DNA of 64,000 bases from an uncultured Planctomycetales bacterium (GCA_964535025.1 CAZHRW010000149.1:11932-75931); one strand, 5' to 3'. Shown: positions 17,561 through 27,715, numbered from the stretch's first letter. Made by a program: numbers and translations. Notes: generated by a model not told the origin, from the sequence alone.

Positions 17561-19657
17561 CTACTCCCCCATCAGGGCGGCTATCGTGTCGTCGCCGGCG
17601 TCGCGGCGGTGAATGCGGACCGAGTCGATGAGCCCGTGAAAGCCCGTCGCCGAGACCGCCGGATCCACCGGCGAGCCGCTATCGGCCCCGAGGCTCAGCG
17701 GGTCGGTCGGGTGCGCGCGGAGCAGGTGCATCAGGCGGATCGATCCGGTCCGCCGCCCGTCGACGTAGAGGTGCGCGTGCGTTTCGTCGATGACCCCGGC
17801 CAGGTGCGTCCAGCGGCCCAGGCACGACGCGCGGCCGTCGGCGACGTAGACGGCGTGCCCGTCCCGCACGGAGAAGCCGGGGACGCCCCCGTCGACGAAC
17901 AGGGCGTAGCCCAGCCGCTCGCCGCCGTGGGCGCAGAGGACCCCGTCGCCGTCGGCCTTGACCCACGCCTCGACGATCCACGGCGCGAAGGCCGGATTGA
18001 GGCTGTCGGAGCGGCCGACCATCACGCGCTCGGCGCCCGTGAACCGCAGGGCCGTGCCGCGCCGGCCCTCCACGGCGGCGGCGGCGCCGTAGAGCCGCCC
18101 GTGGTTGGAGTTGCCGGAGACGTCCTCCACTCGCCCGTCGGCGATCGCGTCGAACGTCCACGCCGCCACCAGGCCGCGGGGAGCGGTGCTGGTGGCATGG
18201 ACCGGCTGGGCGCGGTAGCCCGTCTCGCGCATGAGGCGTTCGAGTTCGGCCCGCAGCTCGGCGACGCGCGCGGCGTGGTCGGGGCGGTCGGCCAGGTTGG
18301 TCATTTCGTGAGGGTCGCGTTTCAGGTCGTACAGCTCGTGCTGGTCGAGGTCCGGGTAGCGGGTGTACTTCCACCGGTCGGTCCGCACGCAGACCATCCG
18401 CGGGACCAGGGGCGTCAGGTCCCGCCAGTATTCGTAAAGGAAGCTCTCGCGCCACGCGGTCGGCCGTCCGGCCAGCAGGGGCGCCGCGGAGAGCCCCTGC
18501 ATGACCGGCGCAGGGTCCACGCCGGCCAGGTCCAGCAGCGTGGGGCCGAGGTCGATGTTGAGCATCATCTCGTCGATCGTCCCGCCCGCCTTGACCCGGC
18601 GCGGGTAGCGCAGGAGCAGGGGGATCCGCATCGACGCTTCATAGCTGAGCCGCTTGTCGCCGCGGCCGCCGTTGTCGCCGAGGAAGTAGCCGTTGTCGCT
18701 GGTGAACACGACCACGGTGTCGTCGGCGATGCCCAGCTCGTCCAGCGTGTCGAGCAGCCTGCCGACGCCTTCGTCGACGGCGAGGATCGCCTCCATGTAG
18801 CCGCGATGGTAGGGCCGGGGCTTCCACGCCTGCGGGGGCAGCTCGTCGAGCACTTCCGGTTCGACCGAGCTGCGCAGCCGCAGGGGCGAGGGGAATCGCG
18901 TTCGCTTCCAGGCGGGTTTGCCCCGGCGCGGGTCGCGGAAGCTGGGCGGCGGGTCGAGGGCGACGTCGGCGTAGGTTCCCTTGTGCCGCGGGGCCGGCTG
19001 GAAGGGGGCGTGGACCGCCTTGTGGGCGAGGTACAGGCAGAAGGGCCGCTCGCCGCCGGCCTGCCGGCGGATCCAGCGGTCGGCGTGGTCGGTGAGGATG
19101 TCGGTGATGTAACCGGTCTGGGTCGACCGCTCGCCGTTGACGTTGATCTCGGGGTCGAAATAAACGCCCTGGCCCTTGAAGCTCACCCAGTGGTCGAACC
19201 CCTCGCGCGGCTCGTCGCGGTCGCTGTCGAGGTGCCACTTGCCCACGAAGGCGGTGCGGTAGCCGCCGCGGTCGCGGAGGCACTGGCAGAACGAGGGGGT
19301 CCTGGCGGGATCGTAATCGTTGGTGGCGTTGAGCATGACCCCGTGCGTGTGGGCGTAGGTGCCCGTCAGGAAGCTCGCCCGGCTGGGCGAGCAGAGGGAG
19401 GTCGTGACGAACGCGTTGGCGAACAGGACCCCCTCGCGGCGGAGGCGGTCGAGGTGGGGCGTCCGGAGGAACGGGTGGCCCATGCAGCTCATCGCGTCGA
19501 ACCGCTGGTCGTCGGTGATCACCACCACGATGTTGGGTCGCCGTCCGTTCCGCTCGCCGGCCAGGACCTGTTCCAGTGCACCCGTGCCCAGGGCGGCCGC
19601 GGCCAGGGCGCCGGTGCCGGCCCGCATGAACTCACGCCGGTTGATCGGTTTCATCAT
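17561..19657 (-). CDS. Cys-type sulfatase (formylglycine motif CSPSR) with Tat signal peptide and C-terminal LamG/concanavalin-like domain
   Basis: RREFMR twin-arginine motif followed by an A-rich h-region. SLCSPSRASFLTG sulfatase signature. C-terminal roughly 230 aa jellyroll (LamG_3-like). Confidence 0.9.
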   Translation of the reverse strand: MMKPINRREFMRAGTGALAAAALGTGALEQVLAGERNGRRPNIVVVITDDQRFDAMSCMGHPFLRTPHLDRLRREGVLFANAFVTTSLCSPSRASFLTGTYAHTHGVMLNATNDYDPARTPSFCQCLRDRGGYRTAFVGKWHLDSDRDEPREGFDHWVSFKGQGVYFDPEINVNGERSTQTGYITDILTDHADRWIRRQAGGERPFCLYLAHKAVHAPFQPAPRHKGTYADVALDPPPSFRDPRRGKPAWKRTRFPSPLRLRSSVEPEVLDELPPQAWKPRPYHRGYMEAILAVDEGVGRLLDTLDELGIADDTVVVFTSDNGYFLGDNGGRGDKRLSYEASMRIPLLLRYPRRVKAGGTIDEMMLNIDLGPTLLDLAGVDPAPVMQGLSAAPLLAGRPTAWRESFLYEYWRDLTPLVPRMVCVRTDRWKYTRYPDLDQHELYDLKRDPHEMTNLADRPDHAARVAELRAELERLMRETGYRAQPVHATSTAPRGLVAAWTFDAIADGRVEDVSGNSNHGRLYGAAAAVEGRRGTALRFTGAERVMVGRSDSLNPAFAPWIVEAWVKADGDGVLCAHGGERLGYALFVDGGVPGFSVRDGHAVYVADGRASCLGRWTHLAGVIDETHAHLYVDGRRTGSIRLMHLLRAHPTDPLSLGADSGSPVDPAVSATGFHGLIDSVRIHRRDAGDDTIAALMGE

Positions 19658-19875
19658 CGCACGCTCCGACTTGTCTCATAGCAGCCCCTGCCGGTTTACC
19701 GTCTCCGACGGCGGTAGTGTACCCGATGGCACGCCCGTTGGGCAACGCCTGAGGCGGTACAGTTCCCAGCCGTTGCATCTTGGGATCGGCCATAGTCTCT
19801 CCTAGGGAATTCTCCGATGTCCCGCATTAGAATACATGAAGTATAAAACCGGATTAGCCCCGATTGCGGTGCGGC

Positions 19876-19905
19876 GGAATGTGCTCATAATGGGGGTCGT
19901 TTTGG
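19876..19905 (+). promoter_or_regulatory. Candidate promoter TTGCGG, 17-bp spacer, CATAAT, upstream of the HicB-like gene
   Basis: Read directly from the AT-richer intergenic region 19.80-19.93 kb. Confidence 0.3.
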
Positions 19906-19936
19906 GAGTCGTGAACGTTTGGAAAGGAGGCTTAAC

Positions 19937-20179
19937 GTGCAGTTATCCGTACGCATCGCGAAGCACGCGGAGACGGGGTACACCGCCTGGTGTCCGGCCC
20001 TGCCGGGGTGTGTGGTGTGGGGCTCGACGAAACGCGAGGCCCTGCGGAAGGCCAGGAGGGCCGCCCGGGGCTATCTGGAGCACCTGGATACCACGCTGCC
20101 CCGCGAGCTGGGGCGGCACTTCGCCGCCGAGACGGCCGCGGCAACCCGTCGCCCGGAGACCGCCCTCTGCGCGCATTGA
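19937..20179 (+). CDS. HicB-like antitoxin (UPF0150 / HicB family); no cognate HicA detected
   Basis: GYTAWCPALPGCVVWGSTKREALRKARRAARGYLEHL matches the HicB N-terminal domain pattern (Y-A-CP-LPGC...G-T-EEAL...YLE). GTG start 7 nt after GGAGG. Confidence 0.6.
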   Translation: MQLSVRIAKHAETGYTAWCPALPGCVVWGSTKREALRKARRAARGYLEHLDTTLPRELGRHFAAETAAATRRPETALCAH

Positions 20180-20598
20180 CGCCGAGCAGGGGGCACCTCA
20201 TCGGGCGCCGCCTGAGGTCCATCAGGGCGTGACGGTCAGCGTGCCGATCACGCCGCCGGCCTCGTGGGGGATGCCCCAACACGGCGAGGGTCACGCCGGC
20301 GATCCCATGCGCCGGCAGGCGCGCGTGGCGACCGATCACGCGCGGCCGAGGGGTTCGGTGCGCCCCGGGGGGATCGACGCGGCCGGACAGTGCCTGACTC
20401 GGTCATGGACGGCGCACGCCGCGTGTTGTACCATTCCTGCCGCTGTTGTGGCCGGGTTCCAACGGCCCGAGGTAGGAAACACCGGGCTGGGACTTTGTTG
20501 GCCGGCGGTCCGCGGGCCATCTCCGGGGCTCCGAAGTTCTTTCGGGACAAACCGTCGCGTGCGCACGCCGTGTCGTATGCTTGGGGTGTAGGAAAGCT

Positions 20599-22158
20599 GT
20601 GAAGCAGGAACTCGAGACAGAACGACTGGCCCTGCAGCGGCGGCTGGACGGGTCCAAGACCCAGGTCGAGCGGAACCGCCTGGGGCAGTTTGCCACGCCG
20701 ACCCGCCTGGCGCTGGACATCATGCGGCTCGCCCACCGGTTGGTCGGCGGGCGGTCCGCCATCCGGTTCCTCGATCCGGCGATCGGGACGGGGAGCTTCT
20801 ACTCGGCCCTGCTGGATGTCTTCGGCCTCGGGCGCATCGGCTGGGCCCGCGGCGTCGAGATCGACCCCCACTACGGACGACCGGCCCGGGCGCTGTGGGC
20901 CGGGCGGGGGCTGGAGATCGAGCTGGCGGATTTCACCGCCCTGCCCCCGCCGGGCGACGACACCCAGCGGGCCGACCTGATCGTCTGCAATCCGCCCTAT
21001 GTCCGCCACCATCACCTCAGCCGCGACCACAAGTTGAGGTTGACCCGCGCCAGCGCCCGCGCCTGCGGCGTGTCGCTGACGGGGCGGTCGGGGCTGTATT
21101 GCCACTTCGTGGGCCTCAGCCATGCCTGGCTGGCCGAGGGGGGCGTGGCGCTGTGGCTGGTGCCGGGGCAGTTCATGGACATGAACTACGGCGTCCGGTT
21201 GAAGCACTACCTGCTCGAACGGGTGACGCTGGAGCGGATCCACCGGTTCGATCCGTCCGACGCGCAGTTCGTCGACGCGCTGGTCTCCTCGGCGGTCATC
21301 GCCTACCGCAAGGCGCCGCCGCCGCCCGGCCACATGGTGCATCTGACCTACGGCGGCACGCTCGACGAGCCGCGGCTGCGCCGGGATGTGACGGCCGACA
21401 TGCTGGCGCCGAAACGGAAGTGGTCGACCCTCGCGACGGCGAGCGAGGAGCCCGACGAGCCGATCAGCCGCTTGGCGGACCTGTTCCGCATCCGCCGGGG
21501 CGTGGCGACGGGCGCCAACGGTTTTTTCATTCTGCCGGCGGAAAAAGCCGACGCCCTGAGCCTGCCGCGCGAGATGCTGCGACCCATTCTGCCCAGCCCG
21601 CGGCTGCTGAACACCGACGAGGTCGAAAGCGACGGCGACGGGTGGCCGCGAATCGACCGGTCGTTCGTCCTGATCGACTGTCCTCTTCCCGAACAGGAGG
21701 TCCGTCGGCTCTATCCGCGGCTGTGGGACTACCTGGCCGAGGGTGCCGCCCGCGGCGTGCCGGACCGGTACCTCTGCAGGCACCGCGACCCCTGGTACGC
21801 CCAGGAACGTTATCTGCCGGCGCCGCTGCTGTGCACGTACATGGGGCGGCGCAAGGGGGATCGGCCGACCTTTCGGTTCATTCTGAACCACTCGCGGGCC
21901 GTCGCCGCCAACGGCTACCTGATGCTCTACCCCAAGCCGACCCTGGCCGCGGTGGTCGCCGGCGACGGGGCGAGGCTTCGCGCCGTCTGGCGGGCCCTGG
22001 CTTCCATCGACCCCGAGAGCCTCATCGACATCGGGCGGGAGTACGGCGGGGGGCTGCACAAGGTCGAGCCCCGCGAACTGGCCGCGGCCTCGGCCGCCGG
22101 CGTCCTCGAGGTCGTCCCGGAGGCCGCGCCGATGCGGACGCTGCTGTTCCCGACGTAG
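20599..22158 (+). CDS. N6-adenine DNA methyltransferase, TaqI/Eco57I-like gamma-class (solo methyltransferase)
   Basis: Motif I DPAIGTGSF; motif IV LIVCNPPYV (NPPY); C-terminal target-recognition-like domain. No nuclease domain and no adjacent restriction endonuclease gene. Start is uncertain: the track start is TTG 20581, with an in-frame GTG at 20599. Confidence 0.75.
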   Translation: MKQELETERLALQRRLDGSKTQVERNRLGQFATPTRLALDIMRLAHRLVGGRSAIRFLDPAIGTGSFYSALLDVFGLGRIGWARGVEIDPHYGRPARALWAGRGLEIELADFTALPPPGDDTQRADLIVCNPPYVRHHHLSRDHKLRLTRASARACGVSLTGRSGLYCHFVGLSHAWLAEGGVALWLVPGQFMDMNYGVRLKHYLLERVTLERIHRFDPSDAQFVDALVSSAVIAYRKAPPPPGHMVHLTYGGTLDEPRLRRDVTADMLAPKRKWSTLATASEEPDEPISRLADLFRIRRGVATGANGFFILPAEKADALSLPREMLRPILPSPRLLNTDEVESDGDGWPRIDRSFVLIDCPLPEQEVRRLYPRLWDYLAEGAARGVPDRYLCRHRDPWYAQERYLPAPLLCTYMGRRKGDRPTFRFILNHSRAVAANGYLMLYPKPTLAAVVAGDGARLRAVWRALASIDPESLIDIGREYGGGLHKVEPRELAAASAAGVLEVVPEAAPMRTLLFPT

Positions 22159-22160
22159 CG

Positions 22161-22192
22161 CCTGCACGTGGCGAGCCCTGCACGTGGCGAGC
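22161..22192. repeat. Perfect 16-bp tandem direct repeat (CCTGCACGTGGCGAGC x2), each unit containing a CACGTG palindrome; a third CACGTG lies at about 22247
   Basis: Immediately after the methyltransferase stop and upstream of the deacetylase gene. Confidence 0.6.
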
Positions 22193-22268
22193 CCTTCCCC
22201 CAGTCCCGGTTCTGTGGTAAACTGGCGTGTGTTATCCGTTTAATGGCCAGGCACACGTGGAGGAGACC

Positions 22269-23552
22269 ATGGACAAGACACTCGCATCGCTGATCTTCGT
22301 GGCTGTCGGTTGTGCCCTGTGTGTCGCGCCCGGCGACGCGCTCGGCGCCGGCGAGCAACTGCTGAACCTGCCCCTCGACCGCCCGACCTTCCCGGTGCCG
22401 GCGGACATCGTCTGGCCCGAGGCCGTCGGCGAGCCGCACATCTGCCTGTGGTATGGCGACAAGTTCGCCGCGGTGAGCATCACCATCGACGACAACTGGA
22501 AGCCCGACCAGGCGTGGTGGATCGAGATGGCCGAGACCTATGAGTTCACGCCGACCTGGTTCATCATCGTTGGCGGCGTGGAAAACCAGAGCAACCCGAG
22601 CTTCTCGGGCGTCTGGTCCGATTACGTCGCCCTTCACGCCGCAGGCGGGAGCATCCAGTCGCACACGATGACGCACAACTGCTCCGACGACACCCGTCCG
22701 GACGCCGACGTGCGCTGGGAGTACGGCCAGTCGCAGGCACTCATCGACGCCAACGTCACCGACGGGCGGTGCCTGGCGATCGCCTACCCGTGCGGCGTGG
22801 GGCGGACCGACCTGGCCGCGGAGTACTTCATCGCCGGCCGCGGCGTGCACGGCACGCCCAACAAGCCCGGACGGATCAACTGGATGATGACCGACAGCTC
22901 CAGCGGGCGGATCGGGCCCGATTACGTCAACCCGATCCTCTACGGGACCTCGGGCATCGCCTGGCTGAACTCCGCCCAGTGGAAGCGCTCGTGGCTGTGC
23001 ACGCACTTCCACGGCGTCAACGACAAGGTCGCCGAGGAGGTCAATCTCGCCGCCATCGACGCGGCGAGGGACCTGATCTGGTGGGGCAGCTTCGTCGAGG
23101 TCGCCAAGTTCGGCCAGGAGCGCGACTCGGCGGAGATCGCCATGGTCGCCAACAACCAGACCCGCATTGCCTTCCAGATCACCGACCGGATGAATGACGG
23201 GATCTTCGACCACCCCCTGACGATCAAGCTCCGCCTGCCCGACGGGTGGGACGGCGCCGCCGCCGCCACGCAGGACGGCCAGGCCATCGGCTTCACGCTG
23301 ACGAGCCGGGGCGACTACGACTACATCCTCCTGGACGCCGTTCCCGATCGCGGCCTCGTCGAGATCACGCCCGTCGCGGCCTACCCCGGCGACGCCGACC
23401 GGGACGGCGACGTCGACCTCGACGACTTTGCTGCGCTCAAGACGAACTTCGGCACCGCCGCCGGCGCTGCGTGGGACCAGGGCGACTTCGACGGCGACGG
23501 CGACGTCGACCTCGACGACTTCGCCATCCTCAAGACGAACTTCGGCGGTTGA
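22269..23552 (+). CDS. Secreted polysaccharide deacetylase-family protein with C-terminal dockerin-like (DxDxDGxVDxxD) repeats
   Basis: Signal peptide MDKTLASLIFVAVGCALCVAPGDALGA. AVSITIDDNW NodB-like start. Two C-terminal DRDGDVDLDDFAALKTNFG and DGDGDVDLDDFAILKTNFG dockerin-type repeats. GGAGGAGA RBS. Confidence 0.75.
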   Translation: MDKTLASLIFVAVGCALCVAPGDALGAGEQLLNLPLDRPTFPVPADIVWPEAVGEPHICLWYGDKFAAVSITIDDNWKPDQAWWIEMAETYEFTPTWFIIVGGVENQSNPSFSGVWSDYVALHAAGGSIQSHTMTHNCSDDTRPDADVRWEYGQSQALIDANVTDGRCLAIAYPCGVGRTDLAAEYFIAGRGVHGTPNKPGRINWMMTDSSSGRIGPDYVNPILYGTSGIAWLNSAQWKRSWLCTHFHGVNDKVAEEVNLAAIDAARDLIWWGSFVEVAKFGQERDSAEIAMVANNQTRIAFQITDRMNDGIFDHPLTIKLRLPDGWDGAAAATQDGQAIGFTLTSRGDYDYILLDAVPDRGLVEITPVAAYPGDADRDGDVDLDDFAALKTNFGTAAGAAWDQGDFDGDGDVDLDDFAILKTNFGG

Positions 23553-23599
23553 TTGATCCGATCATCCCGCCGCCGCTGTTCATCGGCGGCGGGGGTCCG

Positions 23600-24193
23600 C
23601 TACCGCCGTCGCACGATCGCCGCGCCCCCCAGCGCCAGAAGCGTGAACGTCACCGGTTCGGGGACGATGCTGACGAAGGCGTCGTCGAGGTAGCCGTCGT
23701 TATTGTAGCCGTCGTAGCGCTGTGCGGTGAAGGTATAGCGCAGCGCCGTGGTGCCGGCGGGCAGGGGCAACTCGCCGTCGCGGAAGACCCAGGTGTGGTT
23801 GCTGTAGAACCAGCCGAGATCGTCCGAGGCGAGGACGTCGCCGGCAGCGTCGAGGGCGGCCAGCTCGATCAGGCCGCTGTCGCGCTGCGTTTGCCAGCCG
23901 GCCTGCCAGCCGCCGAACGTGGCGGTGAGGTCGTCGGCAAGCGGCTCGTCGAACTCGATGAGCTGGAACGTCGTGGTCAACGCGAAGCCGTCGAAGCTGC
24001 CGATGAGGTAGTACTGGCCGCCGTGGGGCGGGGGATTCGTCTGGCGGACCGCGGCGCCGTCGGTCGTCCAGCCGTTCAGGCCGTCCTCGAAGCCGGCGTT
24101 GGTCAGCAGGTTCGTGTTGAAGACGATGTCGGCCGATGCCGGGACGGCCAGGGCCGCCAGGAGACCCAGACACAAGACATTGCGGATCATCAT
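23600..24193 (-). CDS. PEP-CTERM sorting-domain protein (secreted; putative carbohydrate-binding N-terminal domain)
   Basis: Signal peptide. C-terminus VPEPVTFTLLALGGAAIVRRR is a PEP motif, TM helix, then basic tail. AAGGAGGAA RBS. Confidence 0.75.
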   Translation of the reverse strand: MMIRNVLCLGLLAALAVPASADIVFNTNLLTNAGFEDGLNGWTTDGAAVRQTNPPPHGGQYYLIGSFDGFALTTTFQLIEFDEPLADDLTATFGGWQAGWQTQRDSGLIELAALDAAGDVLASDDLGWFYSNHTWVFRDGELPLPAGTTALRYTFTAQRYDGYNNDGYLDDAFVSIVPEPVTFTLLALGGAAIVRRR

Positions 24194-24263
24194 GATTCCT
24201 CCTTTGCCGCAATCCACTTAAGACACAAGCCTACACGAGGTTGTTCGAACTGTCAATCCGGCA

Positions 24264-25151
24264 TCACTTCTTCGCCGCCTCGAAGCCGGCCATCACGTCG
24301 AGCAGTTCGGCGGTGATCTGGCTCTGCCGCTGGCGGTGGTAGGTGGTGCGGAGGGCTTCGAGGCGGTCGTCGATGTTGCGTTCGGCGGCCTGCATGGAGG
24401 CCAGGCGGCTGGCGTTCTCGGCGGCGAGCGAGCCGGCGAAGGCGCGGAAGAGCGAGACGAACAGGTACTGGCCGACCAGGTGGCCCAGCATCGCCCCGGG
24501 CTCGTGGCGGAACATCGGCCGCGACGGCCCCGGCCACGGGCGGTCGCGAAGCTCGGCCAGCCATTGAAGGGAGAGGGGGAACACGTGGCGGGTCACCGAG
24601 CGGTACGACGCGCCGCCGGTCGGCAGGTGGTGCAGGACGACCACACGCCCGGCGCCGCGGTCGCGAAGCCGCTGGACCGCCGGCAGCAGCCGCCGCGTGT
24701 AGCCGGCGATCGCCTCGGCCGAGCGGGGCAGGTCGAACGTCTCGACGACGTCCTCCCCCTCGGCGGCCAGCCGCCCGGCCAGGCGACGGCCGATCGCCAG
24801 GACCCGCCGGCGGTCGCGGCCGGCGCCCATCGAGTCGAGCCCCTCGAGGGCATGGCGGACGATGCGGCTGTTGAACTGCCCGACGAGGCCCTGGTCGGAG
24901 CCGAAGACCACCGCCAGGACCGCCTCGCCGCCGCGGGCGCCGCCGTCGGCGCGAAGGCTGATGGCCCCGTCGGCGGTCGACAGGAGGATCTGCAGGCCCT
25001 GCTCGACGGCCGTGGCGTACTCGGCCAGGGACGCGTCGGCCCGCTGGTACTGGCGGATGTTGACCGCCGCCATGCCCTTCATCGTTTTGACGACCTGCGA
25101 GAGTCCTTCGGCGGACTCAATCTTGTCCCGGAGTTCCTCAACGTTGGGCAT
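24264..25151 (-). CDS. atpG: ATP synthase gamma subunit (N-ATPase operon)
   Basis: Gamma N-terminal helix [30 protein letters not shown] and C-terminal helix ...[14 protein letters not shown]. Confidence 0.9.
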   Translation of the reverse strand: MPNVEELRDKIESAEGLSQVVKTMKGMAAVNIRQYQRADASLAEYATAVEQGLQILLSTADGAISLRADGGARGGEAVLAVVFGSDQGLVGQFNSRIVRHALEGLDSMGAGRDRRRVLAIGRRLAGRLAAEGEDVVETFDLPRSAEAIAGYTRRLLPAVQRLRDRGAGRVVVLHHLPTGGASYRSVTRHVFPLSLQWLAELRDRPWPGPSRPMFRHEPGAMLGHLVGQYLFVSLFRAFAGSLAAENASRLASMQAAERNIDDRLEALRTTYHRQRQSQITAELLDVMAGFEAAKK

Positions 25152-26688
25152 GGGATGGCTGCTCGCTTTCGACGGCCTCGGCGGCCTGGCGGCCGGCGTC
25201 GCGGAGGCGGTCGCGGTCTTCGTCGCGGAGGTCCTCGCCGCTGTCGATCCGCTCGGCGAGGTCGCCCAGCTGCTCGTTCAACGTCGCCCGCAGCCGTGCG
25301 GCGGCGTCGGCGACCCGCTCGACGGGCAGCTCGTCGAACAGCCCCTCCTTGACGGCGAACAGGACGGCGACCTGCTCGGCGGCGCCCATCGGGGCGCCCT
25401 GGGGCTGCTTGAGGATCTCCCGCACCCGCCGGCCGTGCTCGAGCCTGAGCCGCTGACGCTCCTCCAGCCGCGTGCCGTACCGGCTGAAACGCTCGAGCTC
25501 CTCGAACTGCGCGAACGACAGCCGCAGGTCCCCGGCCGTCTCGCGGAAGGCCGGCAACTGGGCCTTGCCGCCGACGCGGGAGACCGACCGCCCGACGTGG
25601 ACCGCCGGCAGTTGGCCCTGGCGGAACAGGTCGGGCGAGAGGTAGAGCTGCCCGTCGGTGATCGAGATGAGGTTGGTGGCGATGTAGGCGCTGATGTTCT
25701 GGGCCTCGGTCTCGATGATCGGCAGGGCGGTGATCGACCCGCCGCCGCGGTCGCCGGTGAGGTGCGTGGCGCGTTCGAGCAGGCGGGAGTGGACGTAGAA
25801 GATGTCGCCGGGGAACGCCTCGCGGCCGGGCGGACGGCGGAGCAGCAGCGACAGCTCGCGGTAGGCCCGGGCGTGGTGGGTGAGGTCGTCGAAGACCACC
25901 AGGACATCCCGCCCGCGGTCCATGTAGTATTCCGCCAGCGTCATCGCCGCGTACGGCGCGACGTACCGCTGGCCGGCCGGGTCGTCGCCGGCGGCGACGA
26001 TCGCGGCGGTGTAGGCCATCGCCCCCCGCTGGTCGAGCTGGTCGAGCACCTTGGCGACCGCCGAGCTGCGCTGGCCGATCGCGCAGTAGATGCACAGCAC
26101 GTTGAAGCCCGCCTGGTTGAGGATCGCGTCGATGGCGACGGCGGTCTTGCCGGTCTGGCGGTCGCCGAGGATCAGTTCGCGCTGCCCGCGGCCGATGGGG
26201 ATGAGGGCGTCGACGACCTTCAACCCCGTCTGCAGGGGCGTGGCGACCGGGTCGCGGTCGAGCAGGCCCGGCGCGGAGCGCTCAACGGGGCGCCGTTCGA
26301 CGGCGTGCAGCGGCCCCTTGCCGTCGCGCGGACGGCCGGAGGCGTCGACGACGCGCCCGATCGTGGCATCGCCGACGGGGAAGTCCAGCACCCGCCCGGT
26401 CAGGCGGACCTCGTCGCCGGCGTGGGTCTCTTCCGCCTCGTCCAGCAGGATCACCCCCAGCACGTCGGGGTCGAGGTTGAACGCCATGCCCAGCCGTCCG
26501 CCCGGGAATCGCACCAGCTCCTCCGACCGCGCGCCCGGCAGGCCGTGCACCGTGGCGACGCCCGAGCCGATGCTCGCGACCCGTCCGATCTCGCGCGGCC
26601 GCAGCGACGGGCCGCGCTGACCGGCCGCGTCGGCCGCGCGACCGACGTCGTCGGCGATGGCGGCGAGTGTGAACGCCTTATCCGTCAT
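25138..26688 (-). CDS. atpA: ATP synthase alpha subunit (N-ATPase operon)
   Basis: P-loop [13 protein letters not shown] plus conserved alpha motifs. Start placed at MTDKAFT...; the track start at 26826 is an Arg/Pro-rich upstream extension. Confidence 0.9.
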   Translation of the reverse strand: MTDKAFTLAAIADDVGRAADAAGQRGPSLRPREIGRVASIGSGVATVHGLPGARSEELVRFPGGRLGMAFNLDPDVLGVILLDEAEETHAGDEVRLTGRVLDFPVGDATIGRVVDASGRPRDGKGPLHAVERRPVERSAPGLLDRDPVATPLQTGLKVVDALIPIGRGQRELILGDRQTGKTAVAIDAILNQAGFNVLCIYCAIGQRSSAVAKVLDQLDQRGAMAYTAAIVAAGDDPAGQRYVAPYAAMTLAEYYMDRGRDVLVVFDDLTHHARAYRELSLLLRRPPGREAFPGDIFYVHSRLLERATHLTGDRGGGSITALPIIETEAQNISAYIATNLISITDGQLYLSPDLFRQGQLPAVHVGRSVSRVGGKAQLPAFRETAGDLRLSFAQFEELERFSRYGTRLEERQRLRLEHGRRVREILKQPQGAPMGAAEQVAVLFAVKEGLFDELPVERVADAAARLRATLNEQLGDLAERIDSGEDLRDEDRDRLRDAGRQAAEAVESEQPSHAQR

Positions 26689-27502
26689 GGCCGGCGTCCT
26701 CCGTTTCCGTCCGCCCTGGGTTGGTATCCTCCGCCTGGCGGATCTCGCGGACCTGCTGGTCGATGGCTTCGTTGATGGCGTCGGCGAGGTCCTCGGCGTA
26801 TTCGGCGATGTTCCATCCGACCGCACGGCCGCCCGCGCGGAGCTGCAGGCCGCACACGAGCGTCGCGTCGGTCGCGAAGCGGACCTCCGTCTTGCCGCCG
26901 GCCAGGGCGCCGACGGCGTCGCGGACCCGTCTGGCCTGCTTGTCGGGCAGGTCGAACGCGGCGGCGACCTCGACGACGCCCCGGCCGTCGAGGGCCTCGC
27001 GCAACTCGCGGCGGGCGTCGTCGTCGAGGCCCTCCAGCCGTCGCAGGAAGACCTCCACCGCCTGCTGCTGCAGGTCGGCGCCGGCCAGGTCGGCCAGGAC
27101 CTTCGCCGCCAGGGCCCCCAGCCGCTCGGCCGCCTCGCGGCGGAGGTCGGCGACGAAGCTCACCCGCTGGTCGTCCAGGGCCGCCAGCCACTGCCGCTTG
27201 CGCTCGCTGACGTCCTGCTCGGCGCGGTCGGTCCGCTCCTGGCGGAGCTGGGCGGCCTCGTCGCGGGCCTGCCGGAGGAACTCGTCGCGCTTGTCATCGA
27301 GCTGGCGGCGCTTGTCGCGGTAATCGGCGGCCTGCCGGTCGGCCTCGTCGGCCTTGCGCTGGGCCTGGTCGAACTGCTCCCGGATGGTCGCCTTGCGCTT
27401 GTCGAGCGCCGTCAGGATGCGGTCGTAGAGGAAGACCTTCAACAGGACCGCCAGGATGGCGAAGTTGATGATCTGCGCGATGACGGTGACCCAGTCGATC
27501 AT
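26678..27502 (-). CDS. atpF: ATP synthase b subunit with delta(OSCP)-like C-terminal extension (274 aa)
   Basis: N-terminal TM followed by a long charged coiled coil. The C-terminus ([29 protein letters not shown]) resembles the delta-subunit C-terminal domain. No separate atpH in the operon. Confidence 0.75.
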   Translation of the reverse strand: MIDWVTVIAQIINFAILAVLLKVFLYDRILTALDKRKATIREQFDQAQRKADEADRQAADYRDKRRQLDDKRDEFLRQARDEAAQLRQERTDRAEQDVSERKRQWLAALDDQRVSFVADLRREAAERLGALAAKVLADLAGADLQQQAVEVFLRRLEGLDDDARRELREALDGRGVVEVAAAFDLPDKQARRVRDAVGALAGGKTEVRFATDATLVCGLQLRAGGRAVGWNIAEYAEDLADAINEAIDQQVREIRQAEDTNPGRTETEDAGHDG

Positions 27503-27715
27503 GGTGCGCTCCGAAGTGTCAGGCGTCCTTGCATGCCTGATCCTGTCGGCGAGCAGGAGAGCAGTTGAGCAGGAGACCGCAGGTGAGCCGTTTGTGGCTT
27601 CCGTGTCATAACGTGCCTTCCATAGAGGGCGTGTCGTTCCTACTGTTCACCTGATCTCCTGTTCACCTGCTCTGTAGCGTTTTGGCTTTTGATTCTTGGA
27701 ATCAAAGCCAAAACG

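Noticed and set aside
19795-19936. HicA toxin partner upstream of the HicB-like gene (track ORF 19836-... MKYKTGLAPIAV...).
   Set aside because: That ORF overlaps hicB out of frame and lacks the HicA dsRBD-like pattern (no ...GSHxxxxHP... motif). No other frame gives a HicA-like peptide.
25138-26826. A 46-aa N-terminal extension of atpA in the track ORF.
   Set aside because: The extension is a Pro/Arg/Ser-rich non-ATG upstream read-through. A conserved alpha-subunit N-terminus begins at the internal ATG (26688), which overlaps the atpF stop.
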